Notes: generated from the sequence alone by a model not told the origin. 64,000 bases of DNA from Podarcis erhardii (GCA_964252035.1 OZ176213.1), one strand, 5' to 3'; shown: positions 46,346 through 59,872, counted from the stretch's first letter. A program made the numbers and translations.

Positions 46346-49300
46346 CCTTTCTTCATGGGGTGTGTGTGTTGCTCCTTTCCCTTGATCACGTGGGCTGCCC
46401 TTTTCTGAAGCTTTTTGCCAGGAAGGCCCTGGCCTGTAGGGGGCATCAAAGAACCAGCTCACAGGCCCCATGCTTTGAAGATGCTGTCCAGAACTTCTTT
46501 AAGTCCCCTGCCAGGTCTGAGCCAGTGGCTCCAAAGGAGGTCTTTACAACATTAGCAGTAGTGCGTAGGCATTGGGGAAGCATTGCAGTGCAACTAATAA
46601 AGCAGGGCAAATCCACCAACTGTGCAGTATTGCTGTGTCAAGAACATGGTGCACGATGCATGCACTGCAATAAAGCATAAGTCCCGAGGGCCACCTAATC
46701 ACAGTGCAAGGAGGACCCACTTCTGCCAAGCAGAAGACTTGGGTGTGGATCATGACTGGGGACACATGGTGGTCAAGAGAACAGTTCCCTGCCTGCCCCA
46801 TTAAGCTCACAACCTAAAATTTGATAATGAAGAGAGGAGGCTGGGGAAAAGGAGGAAGAGGTCTGGCGGAGTGCCAATGTGGGTGGGGGGAGGGGAAGGG
46901 TGGTTTTTTCAGTGGCCTGATGCAGAGAAACTTGTGGCATTGGCCTGGCTCCACTTCCTGGGCCTTCCAAACCCTCCTGCTGATTTGAAGCCTTTGTGTG
47001 GCCTTTTGGTGCCATGTTTCCAAGCTCCCGGTTGCTACCAAAGAGCACAGCTCAGCTTTTCCAGTTGGGGGGTCCAGGACTTTTTGAGGCACCCCAGACA
47101 ATTGCAAGCTCTTGGAGAGGCTGCCTCATGGAAGGGAGCAAAAGCATCTCGGAGAGAGAGAAGCCAAAAGGTTGTTTCTGCCGGGGGCCACCCTGCTGTG
47201 CAGCTGCTACCCCCGGGGAGGACGCTCCTGGCGGCAGAGGCCAGCCATGGCAAGATCCTGGGCCCAGCCTCTTGGACAGGGGGAGGCAGCTGTGGAGGGG
47301 AAGCAGTGAGCAAAGGCAGGCGTTTGAGCCCCCTCGGCTCATCCCGCCCCCATCTGGATGTCTGCTGCATTCTTTCTCAGGGCGGGGAAGTGTGAGCCAT
47401 TCCCCTCTGGCTGGAGCTCCAGAGGCCGATATAGCCTGCTACTCTCAGGAAACACAGCAGGGTCCAGGTGCACAGCTTAATTGGAAGCGGGACTTGATCC
47501 TCTGGGGCTCAGCTGCTGGACACCTAAAGCGGCAAGGGACGGTAAAGGCACTCTGGGCATGCGTCAAGTGCTTTTGCATCAGCTCCAAGGAAAGGCTGCC
47601 ACATGTTTTAAGAAAGGGGCTTTTCAGTTTGGGCAGCATGGCCTGCAAACAAGCTTCATGAGTGGTGTTTTGGGATGCTGGGAGCCTTTTCCTATACTGT
47701 ACAACTCTTGAACTCTGATGCAGCTCGATAGGCCAAGCCATTTCCAAATACAGCTGCTGGCTGGCTGTCCCACTTTGTTCTGGACCAGCCACAGAGACAG
47801 GATCAGAGCCAAGTGATTTCAGCCCAGGCTGTACAGCAGGCAGAAGGGCAACCCTTTCCAGTCCATTCCTTTGTGGGCAAATGTTTTGGGCTGTGTGTAG
47901 CATATGTGTCCAAGTTTCGCCCACAGGCCTGAGGTTGCCCACTCCTGCTGTAGAGAACACAGAGCTAGATCCATCCCAGTCTAAGGCAGCTTTCTGTGTT
48001 CCTACAAAACGAAGCAAAGCATCATCTTCGTGGGGAAGGTGTTGCAGTTCAAAAAGTGCCTCAGTATCGCTTTCCATGTTGGCTTTGGGGTGAATGAAAG
48101 GAAGAAACTCTTGCGGTCCGATGTTTGGCCACCTATTAGTAAATAGTTACAGTATGCTTCACCAAAACATTGCCAGTGATGGCTGCCAAGTTATGACAGG
48201 GCCATGCTGTGAAGCTTCAGTTGCAGATTTGACACTATCAGACGAGGGTTCAATAGAGATTGGGAGTGGCTCACTCATCATTACAGAGAGGAACGTTTCC
48301 TCTTCCAGTGTTTATATACAACTTGCTTTGCCAATTCATTACCAGTCAAGAGAGACTCGCACCCACTCAGACTGGATTTCAACCCTTTTGAGTAGATCAT
48401 GTTTGCATTAGCACTTTGCATAGTTCTAGAACAGTCCCCCCCCCCAACTGAAACACTCCAAATGTTGCACCTTCCCTTTGTAGGGCGCTTCATCCACTTG
48501 ACCATTTGGGTTGCCCCTTTCTGCATCTTTTCCAGCTCTATGTGATCTCACTTCAGGCAGAGCCATGATGATGTTGTTGGTGACTCTGCCTTGATTTCAG
48601 CCAAGACAAGGGGGAGGCAAGAAAGTCACAGAAAATCAGGCCCTGTTCTCACAGGGACAGCATATTTTCAGGAATCCGGGGACTGAATATCAGCCCAGCC
48701 TTAATTTCATTGGTGGGATTTCAAAACCCTTTCTGTTTTTGTGAATTTGGGTTTTTTAAATACAGAAATTGCTGGAGGGGGGGGAATGTTCCCCTACCTT
48801 TTAATATTAGGCACTTGGCAAAGAATTAAACTTACGTTTTTAATTTACACCTTGAGCACTGTCGCCCCCTTTGAATTTAGTGGCAAATAGAAATGTGTTG
48901 TTCACACTGGCCTTTATTGGGGAACAAGTCATTACTATTCCCCCCCCCATTTTTTTCACAATAGATTAGAACAGAGGTTTTCAACCTTTTTGAGTCCATG
49001 GCTCCCTTGACCAATTACATTCTTTCTGTGGCTCCCCTGTGAGGAAACACACTGTGAGCCTCAGATGCCCAGTTATGTCACCCCTTGCCTGCAGAGCCAG
49101 CAGCCCCTCACCCCTTTTCAGAACACCCTCCCTTGTAGAGTGTTCCCTCAGCCTCCTCTCTTCTCCCCTTTCCTTGGGAGTCCTCCAGGCAGTCTGAGCT
49201 GTCCTCACACTGCCCCACAAGAGCCTGCGAAGAGGATGCCCCCAGCCTTAGTGGCCTGATGGAGACTGGGCAAAGGTGAGGCCAGCACCTTACCTTGGGG

Positions 49301-49767
49301 TCTCCTAATAATTCCCAGGGCCTTAACTAACTATAATCCCTGGGGTGCTTTGAGGGAAGCCATGGCTCTTAAAAGTGGCATGACGCTGCTTTAAATGTAT
49401 TGTTCAGATAGGGAGCTGTGCAGCAAAGTTTGTTATGCCTGCAACAACAGGGGAGGCGCTTGACCCCCCCCCCTTAATGTAGCCATGAAGTGTCACAAAG
49501 GTGCCCTGGATTCTATGCTCTTGGCTTAGCAACCTCCAATTCTTGTACTGTCAAACGAAGGAATCATAACTGCAATTGCACAGTAGGGGGGGGGATCTGT
49601 GTCCAGCAGATCACCACCAGGAAACAACTGTGTAGGACATCAATGGCTTGCCAGCTAACGGAGACTAAAGAAAAGGGAATCAGCAATAGGAATCGCTTCT
49701 TTGCACAACCATGAGCTGCCTTACTGAATTCATTGCCATGGGTACAAGGGAAGATGGCCATTGGCTT

Positions 49768-50184
49768 GTTGTTGTTTAGTCGTTTAGTCGTGTCCGACTC
49801 TTCGTGACCCCCTGGACCAGAGCACGCCAGGCACTTCTGTCTTCCACTGCCTCCCGCAGTTTGGTCAAACTCATGCTGGTAGCTTCGAGAACACTGTTCC
49901 ACCATCTCGTCCTCTGTCGTCCCTTTCTCCTTGTGCCCTCCATCTTTCCCAGCATCAGGGTCTTTTCCAGGGAGTCTTCTCTTCTCATGAAGTGGCCAAG
50001 TGGAGCCTCAGCTTCAGGATCTGTCCTTCCAGTGAGCACTCAGGGCTGATTTCCTTCAGAATGGATAGGTTTGATCTTCTTGCAGTCCATGGGACTCTCA
50101 AGAGCTCATTCATTCAATCACTCATTCAAAAGCATCAATTCTTCGGCAATCAGCCTTCTTTATGATCCAGCTCTCACTTCCATA
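49768..50184 (-). mobile_element. RTE-BovB LINE, 5'-truncated
   Basis: BovB C-terminal peptide on the minus strand; 9-bp TSD cattggctt at 49759-49767 and 50185-50193. Confidence 0.9.
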
Positions 50185-50195
50185 CATTGGCTTAG

Positions 50196-50547
50196 GTAAA
50201 GGTAAAGGGACCCCTGACCATTAGGTCCAGTCATGGCCGACTCTGGGGTTGCAGCGCTCATCTCGCTTTATTGGCTGAGGGAGCCGGCGTACAGCTTCCA
50301 GGTCATGTGGCCAGCATGACTAAGCCACTTCTGGCGAACCAAAGCAGCTCACGGAAACGCCGTTTACCTTCCCGCCGGAGTGGTACCTATTTATCTACTT
50401 GCACTTTGACGTGCTTTCGAACTGCTAGGTTGGCAGGAGCAGGGACTGAGCAATGGGAGCTCACCCCGTTGCGGGGATTTGAACTGCCAACCTTCTGATC
50501 GGCAAATCCCAGGCCCTGTGGTTTAACCCACAGCGCCACCCGCGTCC
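50196..50547 (-). mobile_element. Sauria SINE at the BovB junction
   Basis: 16-bp TSD ccatacattggcttag at 50180-50195 and 50548-50563. Confidence 0.92.
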
Positions 50548-52384
50548 CCATACATTGGCTTAGAAGCATTTAAATAAGGTTTAGAGGCATTCATAAAAGA
50601 GGAGAGGTTTATCCAAGGGCTGTTAGTCATGACAGCTGAAACTGAACGCTCCAGAAGACCCCTATCACTTAATAGCAGGTGCTGGGTGCTGTCTTCCTGT
50701 CCTGGTGGCGTGTTTCCTGGAGGCATCTGGGTAGCTCTTGGTAGGAAGAAGGGTGCTGTGGACCTTTGGTCTGATCCAGCTGGACTGGGAACATAACGGT
50801 TAAATGTTTCTTTATTGGTTTCGTGTAGGAGAAAGGGTCCAAACTCCCTTTTGTTTCTTTGGCAGGCAAGACAGTGGGAAGCATCTTCCATTTGACTCCG
50901 TAAGGGCTTGGGGGGGGGGGGGCTTTTCCAGCTTCTGCTGCCATCTCCCAAAGTTTGCTTAATGCCTTTCACCAAAGATGTCATAGGTGGCAAAAGGCAG
51001 CGAGTAAATGTTCTTTAATATGATGTAACCTAATCCTGATGGATCCAAAACTGTCCTTTTTCTGAACTCCCTGTTCACGTTCTCCCATTTCACTGAAGTT
51101 GTTGAATGCTTGCGCTAAATTATAAGAAAAGGTCTACCCACAGATGATCCTCAGTTGGAGCCCCTCCTGCTCTTTGCTGCTTTGGCCCATCTCTAATTAT
51201 AGACTGTAATAATAATCACCAACATCCTTCTGAGCAGATGAATTTGTGAACATCAGAAAGATGCTTTTGCCAACCAAAAGAGAGCCGGAGAGAGTGTGCT
51301 GTGTGCGCATCTTGACGGTGGTAGTGCTGGTGGGGGGAGGCTAATTGGAACCACATGTGCAAACTTAACATTAGAAATACTCCATTATAGGCACCACAAT
51401 CAGTGTTGATATGTATTCTGCTGCTTGCACTGAAATGCCAGAAGTCATTTAGACTAGCTAATCCTTCCTGAGCTCTTCCCATGGAGTTTTTAAAACTTTG
51501 TTTCAGAGCCACCAGACACAAAGAGACATGTCCTGCACAGGCTCTCTGCAGAGCTGGCTTTGAAATGCTCTAACAGGAGAATTGGGGAACATTAAGGAGG
51601 CTGGCGGGAGGCTTGCCGGAGTGAACCCTCATCCCAAAGCTGCCTCCTGATGGTTCACTTGGGCCTAATCGAACAGCCACTCTTTGCAGGTCACAGGCTC
51701 TGCTATTTGTCTCTGACCTAAGAGATCTGGAGTGTTCTTCACATCAAAACCGGGTCTTGCTGAGCTGAGATCAAACAGGCAAAGGTAAAGGATTTGGCCA
51801 GTGATTTATCATGCCATGGAGAGCGCTCAGGCCAAAAGGGGCCACTGAGGATGAAGCTGACATTCCAGCCGTTTCTCATATGTGCTTAGAAGAGGGACTT
51901 CCAAGTTAAACAGAAGGAGGCCCTCCCCCCTCTCTTTTTGCTTTTTCAGGAATAAATATTGAGAGATTGTGTTTAACTACAAATGTCTTAAGGACAGCAT
52001 TTTCCAAAGCTGATGATTAACAGGAAGGTCTTCACCTAGAAATAACAGAGATACACAGACAATGTCAGTGCTACTGCAAAAGGGGCACATTCTACCAAGT
52101 GTAGAAGAGCAGTTCCTGCAGAAAGATTCAGCACCTACCTTTTATGTTTTATTAAGAAGACAAAAAGACACCATCCTTCTGAACCAGACCCCAAGCTCTA
52201 CTGATCTAGTCAAGCACTCTGTTTTAATGACATTTTATTTGCTTGTTTGTTTGTTGGATTTCTTGCCTGTACTATACTGTGGGGTCTAAGGTACGTCACA
52301 ACAATAAAATATACCATTTGTAAAACAAATAAAACAGTGTTATAGTGAATTCTATCATTTAGTTACATATTGTGCAAAGAAGGG

Positions 52385-52580
52385 CTCTCTTTTGTTCTGA
52401 ATCTGTTGCTGAGGAATGTCACTGAGTGTCCCAGAGTTCCTGTATTATAGAAGAGGGAGAAAGTGTTCTCTCTCCACGCTTCCCATTCCATTAATAATTT
52501 TATACATCTCTATCAAGCCTTTCCTTATATATCATCTTCTCTAAACTAATCCTGCCATGTATTGTCAACTTTGTCTTCTC
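52385..52580 (-). mobile_element. CR1 RT 3' fragment
   Basis: Similar to the 46140-46345 CR1 segment. Confidence 0.5.
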
Positions 52581-53517
52581 AGATGAGGCACTGAGAGCCA
52601 GGGCCTTCTTATGTGTGGCACCTCTCTTGTGGATCTCCCCTGCTCTTGTCCTGCAGAGCCCAAGTGGTAGTGGAGCGGGGGGGGGGGGGAGAGGAGGAAA
52701 GCAGCACCATGGAGAGCTCATAGGGAGCTGTTTGCTCTAAGGAGGGCTGGAAGTGACCTGAAGCCTTTTGAAACTCTCCCTCCTAGGTTCTCCCCCCTTT
52801 CTGGAGAACAAGAACCTCTGGAAGGGCCAGTACACTGACCTGGAGAAACCCTCTGTCCTAGTGTGGTCCCTATGCCATTGGACTGGTGAGATAGCATGGG
52901 AGGTGCCAAAGGCAGGTGCCTGTGAGGGTTCTGGCTCTGGTCCTATAGACCCTGGTGCTGTGGGTTGTGCTTCAGTGGGCTCCTCTGCCAACCTCTGGTC
53001 CAGCTGTCCTCTGATCTCCAGCATCTTGGAGTCTGCTCTGGTTCCTTAACTTCCGACTTGGTCACTGCAGGACTTCCCCTAGCAGCAGAGCCCAGACTTG
53101 GCATGGATTACGTAGGTCCCGGGTCAAATCTCTAGTATCTCCAAAGGAATTGGCAGCAGGTGGCAGGAAATACCTGTCTGCCCAAGTCCCTGCCAAGCTG
53201 CTGTTTCAGTCTGAGCATCTAATACTGGCCTAGGCGGACTAATGGTCCCGACATGATAGTTGTGTCCATGAGCAAAAATGTGCAGCTGTGTGTTTGTCTC
53301 CTTTTACCAAAGAGAGGCCTTGGCTCAGGGACAGAGCACCTACTTTGAATGCAGAAGGTTTCAGGATCCTCCCCCAGACTCTAAAGCAGCAGAGAGAGTC
53401 TCACCTGGGTCTCACCTGGGTCAGCGCAGCTAAGTGATGGGCAGGGGGGGGGGGACGGCCACTAGGAAACTCAGATTCCTCTGTAGCCATGAGTGTGAGA
53501 CCTTCACTTCACTTCAC

Positions 53518-53574
<57 letters not shown>

Positions 53575-53656
53575 CTCACCTGCCTCACAGGTTTGTTGTG
53601 AGGATGAAGAAGGATAGAATAAAAATGGGATTTTAAAAAATCATCCAAGGTAGTTT

Positions 53657-53785
53657 NNNNNNNNNNNNNNNNNNNNNNNNNNNNNNNNNNNNNNNNNNNN
53701 NNNNNNNNNNNNNNNNNNNNNNNNNNNNNNNNNNNNNNNNNNNNNNNNNNNNNNNNNNNNNNNNNNNNNNNNNNNNNNNNNNNNN
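53657..53785. other. Assembly gap (129 N) flanked by (CT)n(CA)n and (GT)n microsatellites
   Basis: Run of N; microsatellites at about 53520-53575 and 53832-53860. Confidence 0.99.
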
Positions 53786-53828
53786 GCAAAAAGTGGTGGA
53801 GGAGTAAGCATTCCTGGACCTCAAGGCA

Positions 53829-53862
<34 letters not shown>

Positions 53863-55738
53863 TAGGAGGCAGCAGGTACAGAAAGCATCCAAAGCTGCCT
53901 TTATAGTTGCTCATCCCTATCACCCACCTGGCCCAGTATTGCAGCTGTTTCCTGGGGTTCTTGCCACAGAGGCTATTCCCATCTCCAACTTCCTGGGATC
54001 CTTTTTAATCAGAGGTTGAACCACAGAACCTAGTGGAAACCCCTGTCCTCAAGACCTTTCTCCAAGATCTCCCCTCCTGTCTCTTAAGCCCCTTCGCTCT
54101 AGGTGTGCCCTCTGGGGCTTCCTCTGCACCCTTCTATGGGACTGACAGCCTTTCAGGTCCCCCCCCCTCCCACTCAGGTTTCTCTTCCTCTGGCTGACCT
54201 GAGACCTTTCTTTGTGCCAAATCTGTGCCCTGCCAATAAGCTTTGGGTCTCTATTCCCCGTACCTCATATTTGGAAACCTGCAGCAGCCAGGCACTTTGG
54301 GGACAGAGTGTGGGTGGCAGAGACAGACAGGGTCCGGGTGACCGTCTTTCCTTCTTTGCCAGAATCTGTGGTGGCCTTTGCAGAAGGACGAAGTTCCGCT
54401 GGTGATGAGTCCCTAAAGCCAAATTCCTCCAAAGCGAAATGTTCATTGGGAAGGATTCTTCAGCCAGCTGCTGGTGGGTAGCTGATCCCAGGAATGCATC
54501 GTCATTCCCTGGCGGGAAGGTTTGGGCTTGAGTCGGATCAGGACAGCCATGTGCTTGATGAGCCCTGAGAAATCAAGACACATCACGCACCACACCTTGG
54601 GTTGGAGAGGATTTTCCTTTGCCAGGCTCAGCGCTGGAGCTTTTGAAAAGTTTCCAAACAGAGAGGAAATGAAGGATATGAAATTTCCGGAGGCACAGGT
54701 GCCAGGTATCTTCAGTGTTATGAAATATTTACCAAGGGAAGCGGGGGCTGCTGGATTTTTTGCATGCCTCCAAAATTATCCCCAAAAAGTGTCATTATGC
54801 ACTCAGCTCCTGCAGCCACGAGATGGTCGCTTGGGGCCAAACAGCTGAGATTCCTCCCTTAAGCTTCTTTGGCATCCGATGCCTCCCCCCTCCCCCCCAA
54901 AAAAAACCCTCCTGGAGGAACGAGCCTCATATGAAAAAGGGATCACTTTGATGGAATTGAAACTATAACCAGCTACTAAATCAAGAGAGCTAGGAAATTC
55001 CAGTTCATCCAAAAACATGCTTCTCTCCTATGGGAAGCTGTTATTATGTGGATGTTAAAATCCTCTTCCTGTATGGGGGAGAGGAAAAAAAACATTATGG
55101 AATTGCAGAACTACAAGAACATGGTTTATTAAATCCATGGGAAAATAATTCCACCTTGGAGGACCCGAGGGCTCAGGCTTAATTTCTGTCCACTGGCTGA
55201 GGTTATTGCTGGTGCTCCAGGGAGGTCGCCGCAGATGCCTGATGACATCATCACGAATCAATATTGAAGGAGGAATGAAAATTATTCACTCGCACGTCGT
55301 TCCAGGACATATTTCAAGAGAGGAAATGAAAGGTTACACTGCATGCCATCCGTGTTGATTCGTTGGCCAGTGGTGATTGTGATTTGGTTGCTTTTAATTG
55401 CAGAGTTTAAAAGGAGATGGTAGAAAAAAGAGACACAGTGGATGTATTACTCTTCATGAGTTTTCAACATTGTCCTGTCCAAACTGGGTGGATGTTAGAA
55501 GGAATTTGTATTCAAACCCCCACACCACTTCAGTTCTATGCAGAATAGAGCAGGAAAATGTCAAATTTGAAACTGGGATGGGTGGGTAGGTTTTATACAA
55601 TAATTTCTTAGCTGCAAAGAAAAGAAAGCCCGGTGTGGGATTTATGTTTTCTATCTGAAGTGAATCCCCTGAGCACTGGGAAATTTCTCTTTCCATAAAT
55701 GTGAATGAACTTCATTTTACTTGTCGCTAAGAAATGGA

Positions 55739-56125
55739 TGAGGTCCCAGGCCTCAGAGAGGTTAGGCTGGCCTCAACTAGAGCCAGGGCCTTCTCGGCTG
55801 CGGCTCCAATCTGGTGGAACGCTCTGTCACAAGAGACTAGGGCCCTGCGGGACCTGACATCCTTCCGCAGGGCCTGCAAGACAGAGTTGTTCCACCAGGC
55901 CTTTGGTCAGGGCGCAGCCTGACTCCCTCCTCTGGCAACCTGCTTAGAATCTTGCTTAATTAGTTGCCATTAATTTGATTTTAATTGATTTTTATAATGT
56001 AATATTTTTAGAATGTATGAATATTTGATTGTTTGATTGTTGATTGTTGTTAGCCGCCCTGAGCCCGGCTTCGGCTGGGGAGGGCGGGATATAAATAAAA
56101 TTTATTATTATTATTATTATTATTC
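55739..56125 (+). mobile_element. L2 LINE 3' fragment with (ATT)n tail
   Basis: REVRLASTRARAFSAAAP.WWNALSQETRALRDLTSFRRACKTELF; same subfamily as 29563. Confidence 0.88.
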
Positions 56126-57900
56126 ATTCTCAGTTTTGTGTTCAACACTGACCAGGATGTGTCCACAGAGCCATTATTCCATTTAGTTTCATAACATGAG
56201 GCAAGGGGTGATTGAGGTGTTGTCATGGGTGGCAGAGTATCTTATACTCTGCTTAGCTGTCTCCCATTTCCTTATTATTTTGGAACAGTGGAGGCTGGCC
56301 GGTTGCTTTAGATCACCCTGTGGTTTCTCCTTCGTAAGGCAGGCTGTTCCAACGACACTCCATGGTTTGGGCAGGCAGGAAATCAGGAGAGAATTGGCTG
56401 ACTCTTCCTCCCAGCAGCAGCTAGGGACAGTCTGCTGGCAGTTTCCCAATTCCCAAGCCATGATCCTGAAGGCTGTAGGTGCCTCTATGACAACCCACTA
56501 CATGAGAGGTTATAAATAGTATTGTTGCCACACAATTTAAAGGTAGGAGCCATCAGTGGGGCTTTGGCCCCTTGCAGGGTAGATGGATCTGTGTGATATC
56601 CTGGGGTTCTGTGCCTGCTCCTAAGTAGAGGTTGCCTGTGTCAGCCTGAGGCGGTGAGGCCCCTTTTCTTTGGATTTGGGGTGTGAAGAGCCAGCACCAT
56701 TGACTGATGATCTCCTAGAATTGGGCTGGCAGGAGGGAACAAAGACCAGAAGATGGAATAGGCAGAGCAGAGCTGTGGTCCACAAGTGCACAGGACAGGT
56801 TGGAATGGAAGCACCTCTTCCCATTCTGATGCAGTTTGCATACCTGGCAAACCATGCAGGAGGCCTCTGATTCCTTGCAGGAGATTGACAGTCCTTTTGA
56901 GGGGAAACTGAACCGGCAGGAGGATAGCATCCTTTACCCACCATGGATATGCACTGACTCGTTTTCTTTCCCCTGCCTGTGGCCCCTGGACAAGGGCTTT
57001 TGAAGTGCTACTAATCCTGTTGAAAGGAGTCTAGAAAGGGGGCGAGTAGCAAGAAGGCCTCTTTCCTCCAAGCACCTTCTAGAAAAATAGTCTATGCTGC
57101 CTCAAGGCCTCCTTGCCCTGCAGAGGAAGGGAGGGAAGGGAGGAAGGAGATGTTCTTCCCTCTCTGGGCAAAGTGATCCAGAGCACCTCCTCTACAGATG
57201 AGGTAGGATCCACAAGGAGAGCCCTATGGAATTGGACCAAGGGTGGTTTCCTTAGCCCTGCACCCTGTTTCCAGATGCCAGTGGGAAACCCAGAGGCAGG
57301 ATATGAGGAAGGCTGCCTTGCAGGGGGTGCACTCTGTCAGAGCCATGCCCCCAGCATCCTTGGGGGGCACATTTCATGGCTCCAGTCTTAAGAACTGGGC
57401 CAATCACATGCCTTTTCTGGATATTTTTCTGAAGGCCAAAGTGGCTCACAGCATTTCAGCATTTTAATGTCCTAACTATGAAACACCAGTAAAAATAGCA
57501 TTCACAGGGTGAGGTGGTGGTGGTGGGGGGGCTCTCCCTCTCCCAAGAACCGGGTGAGATCCCGGAATTCAGATGCCAGGGGAGAGCAGGGACATTGGGA
57601 GTTCAGCTCTGGGCTGCAGTTAGTTTCTGAGCTGTGAGGCGATAGCAGCAAATGTTTATGTGCTTTCCGTGTTACTTGCAAAATATATCAAGTGTTTCTC
57701 TCCATCCTACTGCCCCCCTTCCAATTTGGCTCAGTTCCATGGACCGTGCCCCCATGAGCTAAATTACTTAACTGCTTACAGTGCCACATAGCAAACACAT
57801 GACACCCCTTTTAGCAAACCACGGAATGTAACTCTGGGGTTCAAACCAAAACAAATGACCTCAGCAACTCTTGGGAGATTATACACACACACACACACAT

Positions 57901-57942
<42 letters not shown>

Positions 57943-59579
57943 AAAGCAGAATTAAGTTGTAAAACCCAATGGCTGATTTATGGCCACAGTCAGCCTTAAT
58001 TAACATTGATTCCAGGGGAATAGTAAACGTTGAATAGGGTTCACAATTGAAGTTGAACAATGCCCTCTCTGGGTGTTGTTCAATTTGTAGCATGATTTAC
58101 ATGGAGGCAAGCCCTTCCATTCCTGGGGTTATCCCTTTTTCATCTGGTCCTTCGGATGAGTTATATATAATCCACTGATAGCAACATTTGCTGTCAAATA
58201 GTCCCCTTGATTTAAAGTTACCCACTACAATGGTCACTATAAATAAGAAGGAAATAAAAGAGGGAAACGAAAACCCAATTTGAGGCTTTGCAGGGATTCC
58301 TTGTTTGGGCAATGTGTCATCGCTTGTCCAGGCCCGTGGCGTTTTTACGAACTGGCCATAATGAAAGTCAGATCAAATGTACGGGCTCTAAACATTTAAT
58401 CAACAACCACTGGAACCGGACAAGTTCTTTAAAAGCCCCAGCAAGCTCAAATTTATTGTCTAAGAACCTCGGTCTTGGTGGGGAGGGAAGCCGGTGGAGG
58501 AATGGCACTACCTGACACCAAACGCCTAAAACTTTCAAAACGTGAGTTATTTAAACATAAGGTTGTGCTTGTAAAGCCGCCAGCTGCTGGATTTCAAGAT
58601 TTGAAACCCTTCCAAGAGTTTGGACGAGGTACTTTATATGGGCAGGAGAGTAAATACTCCAATTTTACTGCCAATTTAGAGGCGCTCGGTTTACAGTAAT
58701 GAGCTTGCCTTGACCGTCCTTTGTTTATAGAAAGTGGAACAGGAAGAAATGAACGTTAACCATTAACAGTAGCAATCCCTCAAGCCTCTCCTTCTCTCTC
58801 TGCTCCGTGCCAGGCTGATGCCTTGCTCTTATTGGAAGGCTGGCTGGACACCTTGTCAACTGCAACTGGTCATGTATAGAATTAAACTATTGGAGTGGAT
58901 GCAGGTTTGCTCAAAAAGTGACCTTTCAACAGCATTCTCCAAACGCTGTCTGTGGAACTCATTGTCACAGGATGTTGGATTGACTACTTGCACCAGCAGC
59001 TTGTCAGGACCAGCCCTTCCATTAGGCAGAGGGAAGCATCTGCTTCAGGTGGGAAGTGGACAGGGTTAGCTTCAGCCACCTTCCATCACCCCCCTCACCC
59101 CCCCCCCCGAATCTCCTCAGCTAGCATGCTGCCCTCACAGACCTGGGTGGGGAAATGTTGCCTAATTCCTTGTGTGGGAGTCAGATTCAGTGGGCGGTCC
59201 AGTTGGATCCTGCACATGGAATGAGGTCATGTGTCCCATCTTGGCCTTCTTTGCCTCAGGCAGCAAAATCTCTTGGGCAAACTTTGCTGAGGTCTGGACC
59301 GTGGTGGTGCTGAAGGCTGACATCTCTTCATTGCTCAGATCTGCAAGGGGTTAAGGTAGGGCTGCCATACGTCCATAATTTCCCAGGTATATATGGGATT
59401 CACCCATCGTGTATGTCCGGATTTTCACTTGAAATAGGGCAACCCTAGTTAAGGAATATCACCTGACTCACTCCAGCCTATTGGTGAGATTCCTTGGGTG
59501 GTAATGTTATTTCATGGCTCCATAGGTCCTTCCCTCAGCCAGAGATGGCAGCAGGGGGCAGAACAATGGCTGAACATAG

Positions 59580-59872
59580 GTAAAGGTAAAGGGACCCCTG
59601 ACCATTAGGTCCAGTAGTGGCTGACTCTGGGGTTACAGCTTCCGGGTCATGTGGCCAGCATGACTAAACTGCTTCTGGCAAATCAGAGCAGCACACGGAA
59701 ACGCCGTTTACCTTCCCTATTTATCTACTCGCACTTTGATGTGCTTTCAAACTGCTAGGTTGGCAGGAGCAGGGACTGAGCAATGGGAGCTCACCCCGTC
59801 GCGGGGATTCGAACCACAACTTTCTGATCGGCAAGTTCTAGGCTCTGTGGTTTAACCCACAGCGTCACCCGT
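59580..59872 (-). mobile_element. Sauria SINE with internal deletions
   Basis: ggtaaaggtaaagggacccctgaccattagg...ttaacccacagcg. Confidence 0.85.

Noticed and set aside
46996-47661. 221-aa plus-strand ORF, with the overlapping 174-aa ORF at 46871
   Set aside because: GC-rich intron DNA, no recognisable domain, starts at GTG, overlapping ORFs in several frames; consistent with chance.
47445-48077. 210-aa minus-strand ORF
   Set aside because: No family similarity; passes through short repeat fragments; no splice or promoter support.
53520-53860. Inverted (CA)n and (TG)n around the N gap
   Set aside because: Spans an assembly gap, so true spacing and content are unknown.
57028-57046. CTCF-like agaaagggggcgag
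   Set aside because: The 5' half of the core does not match.
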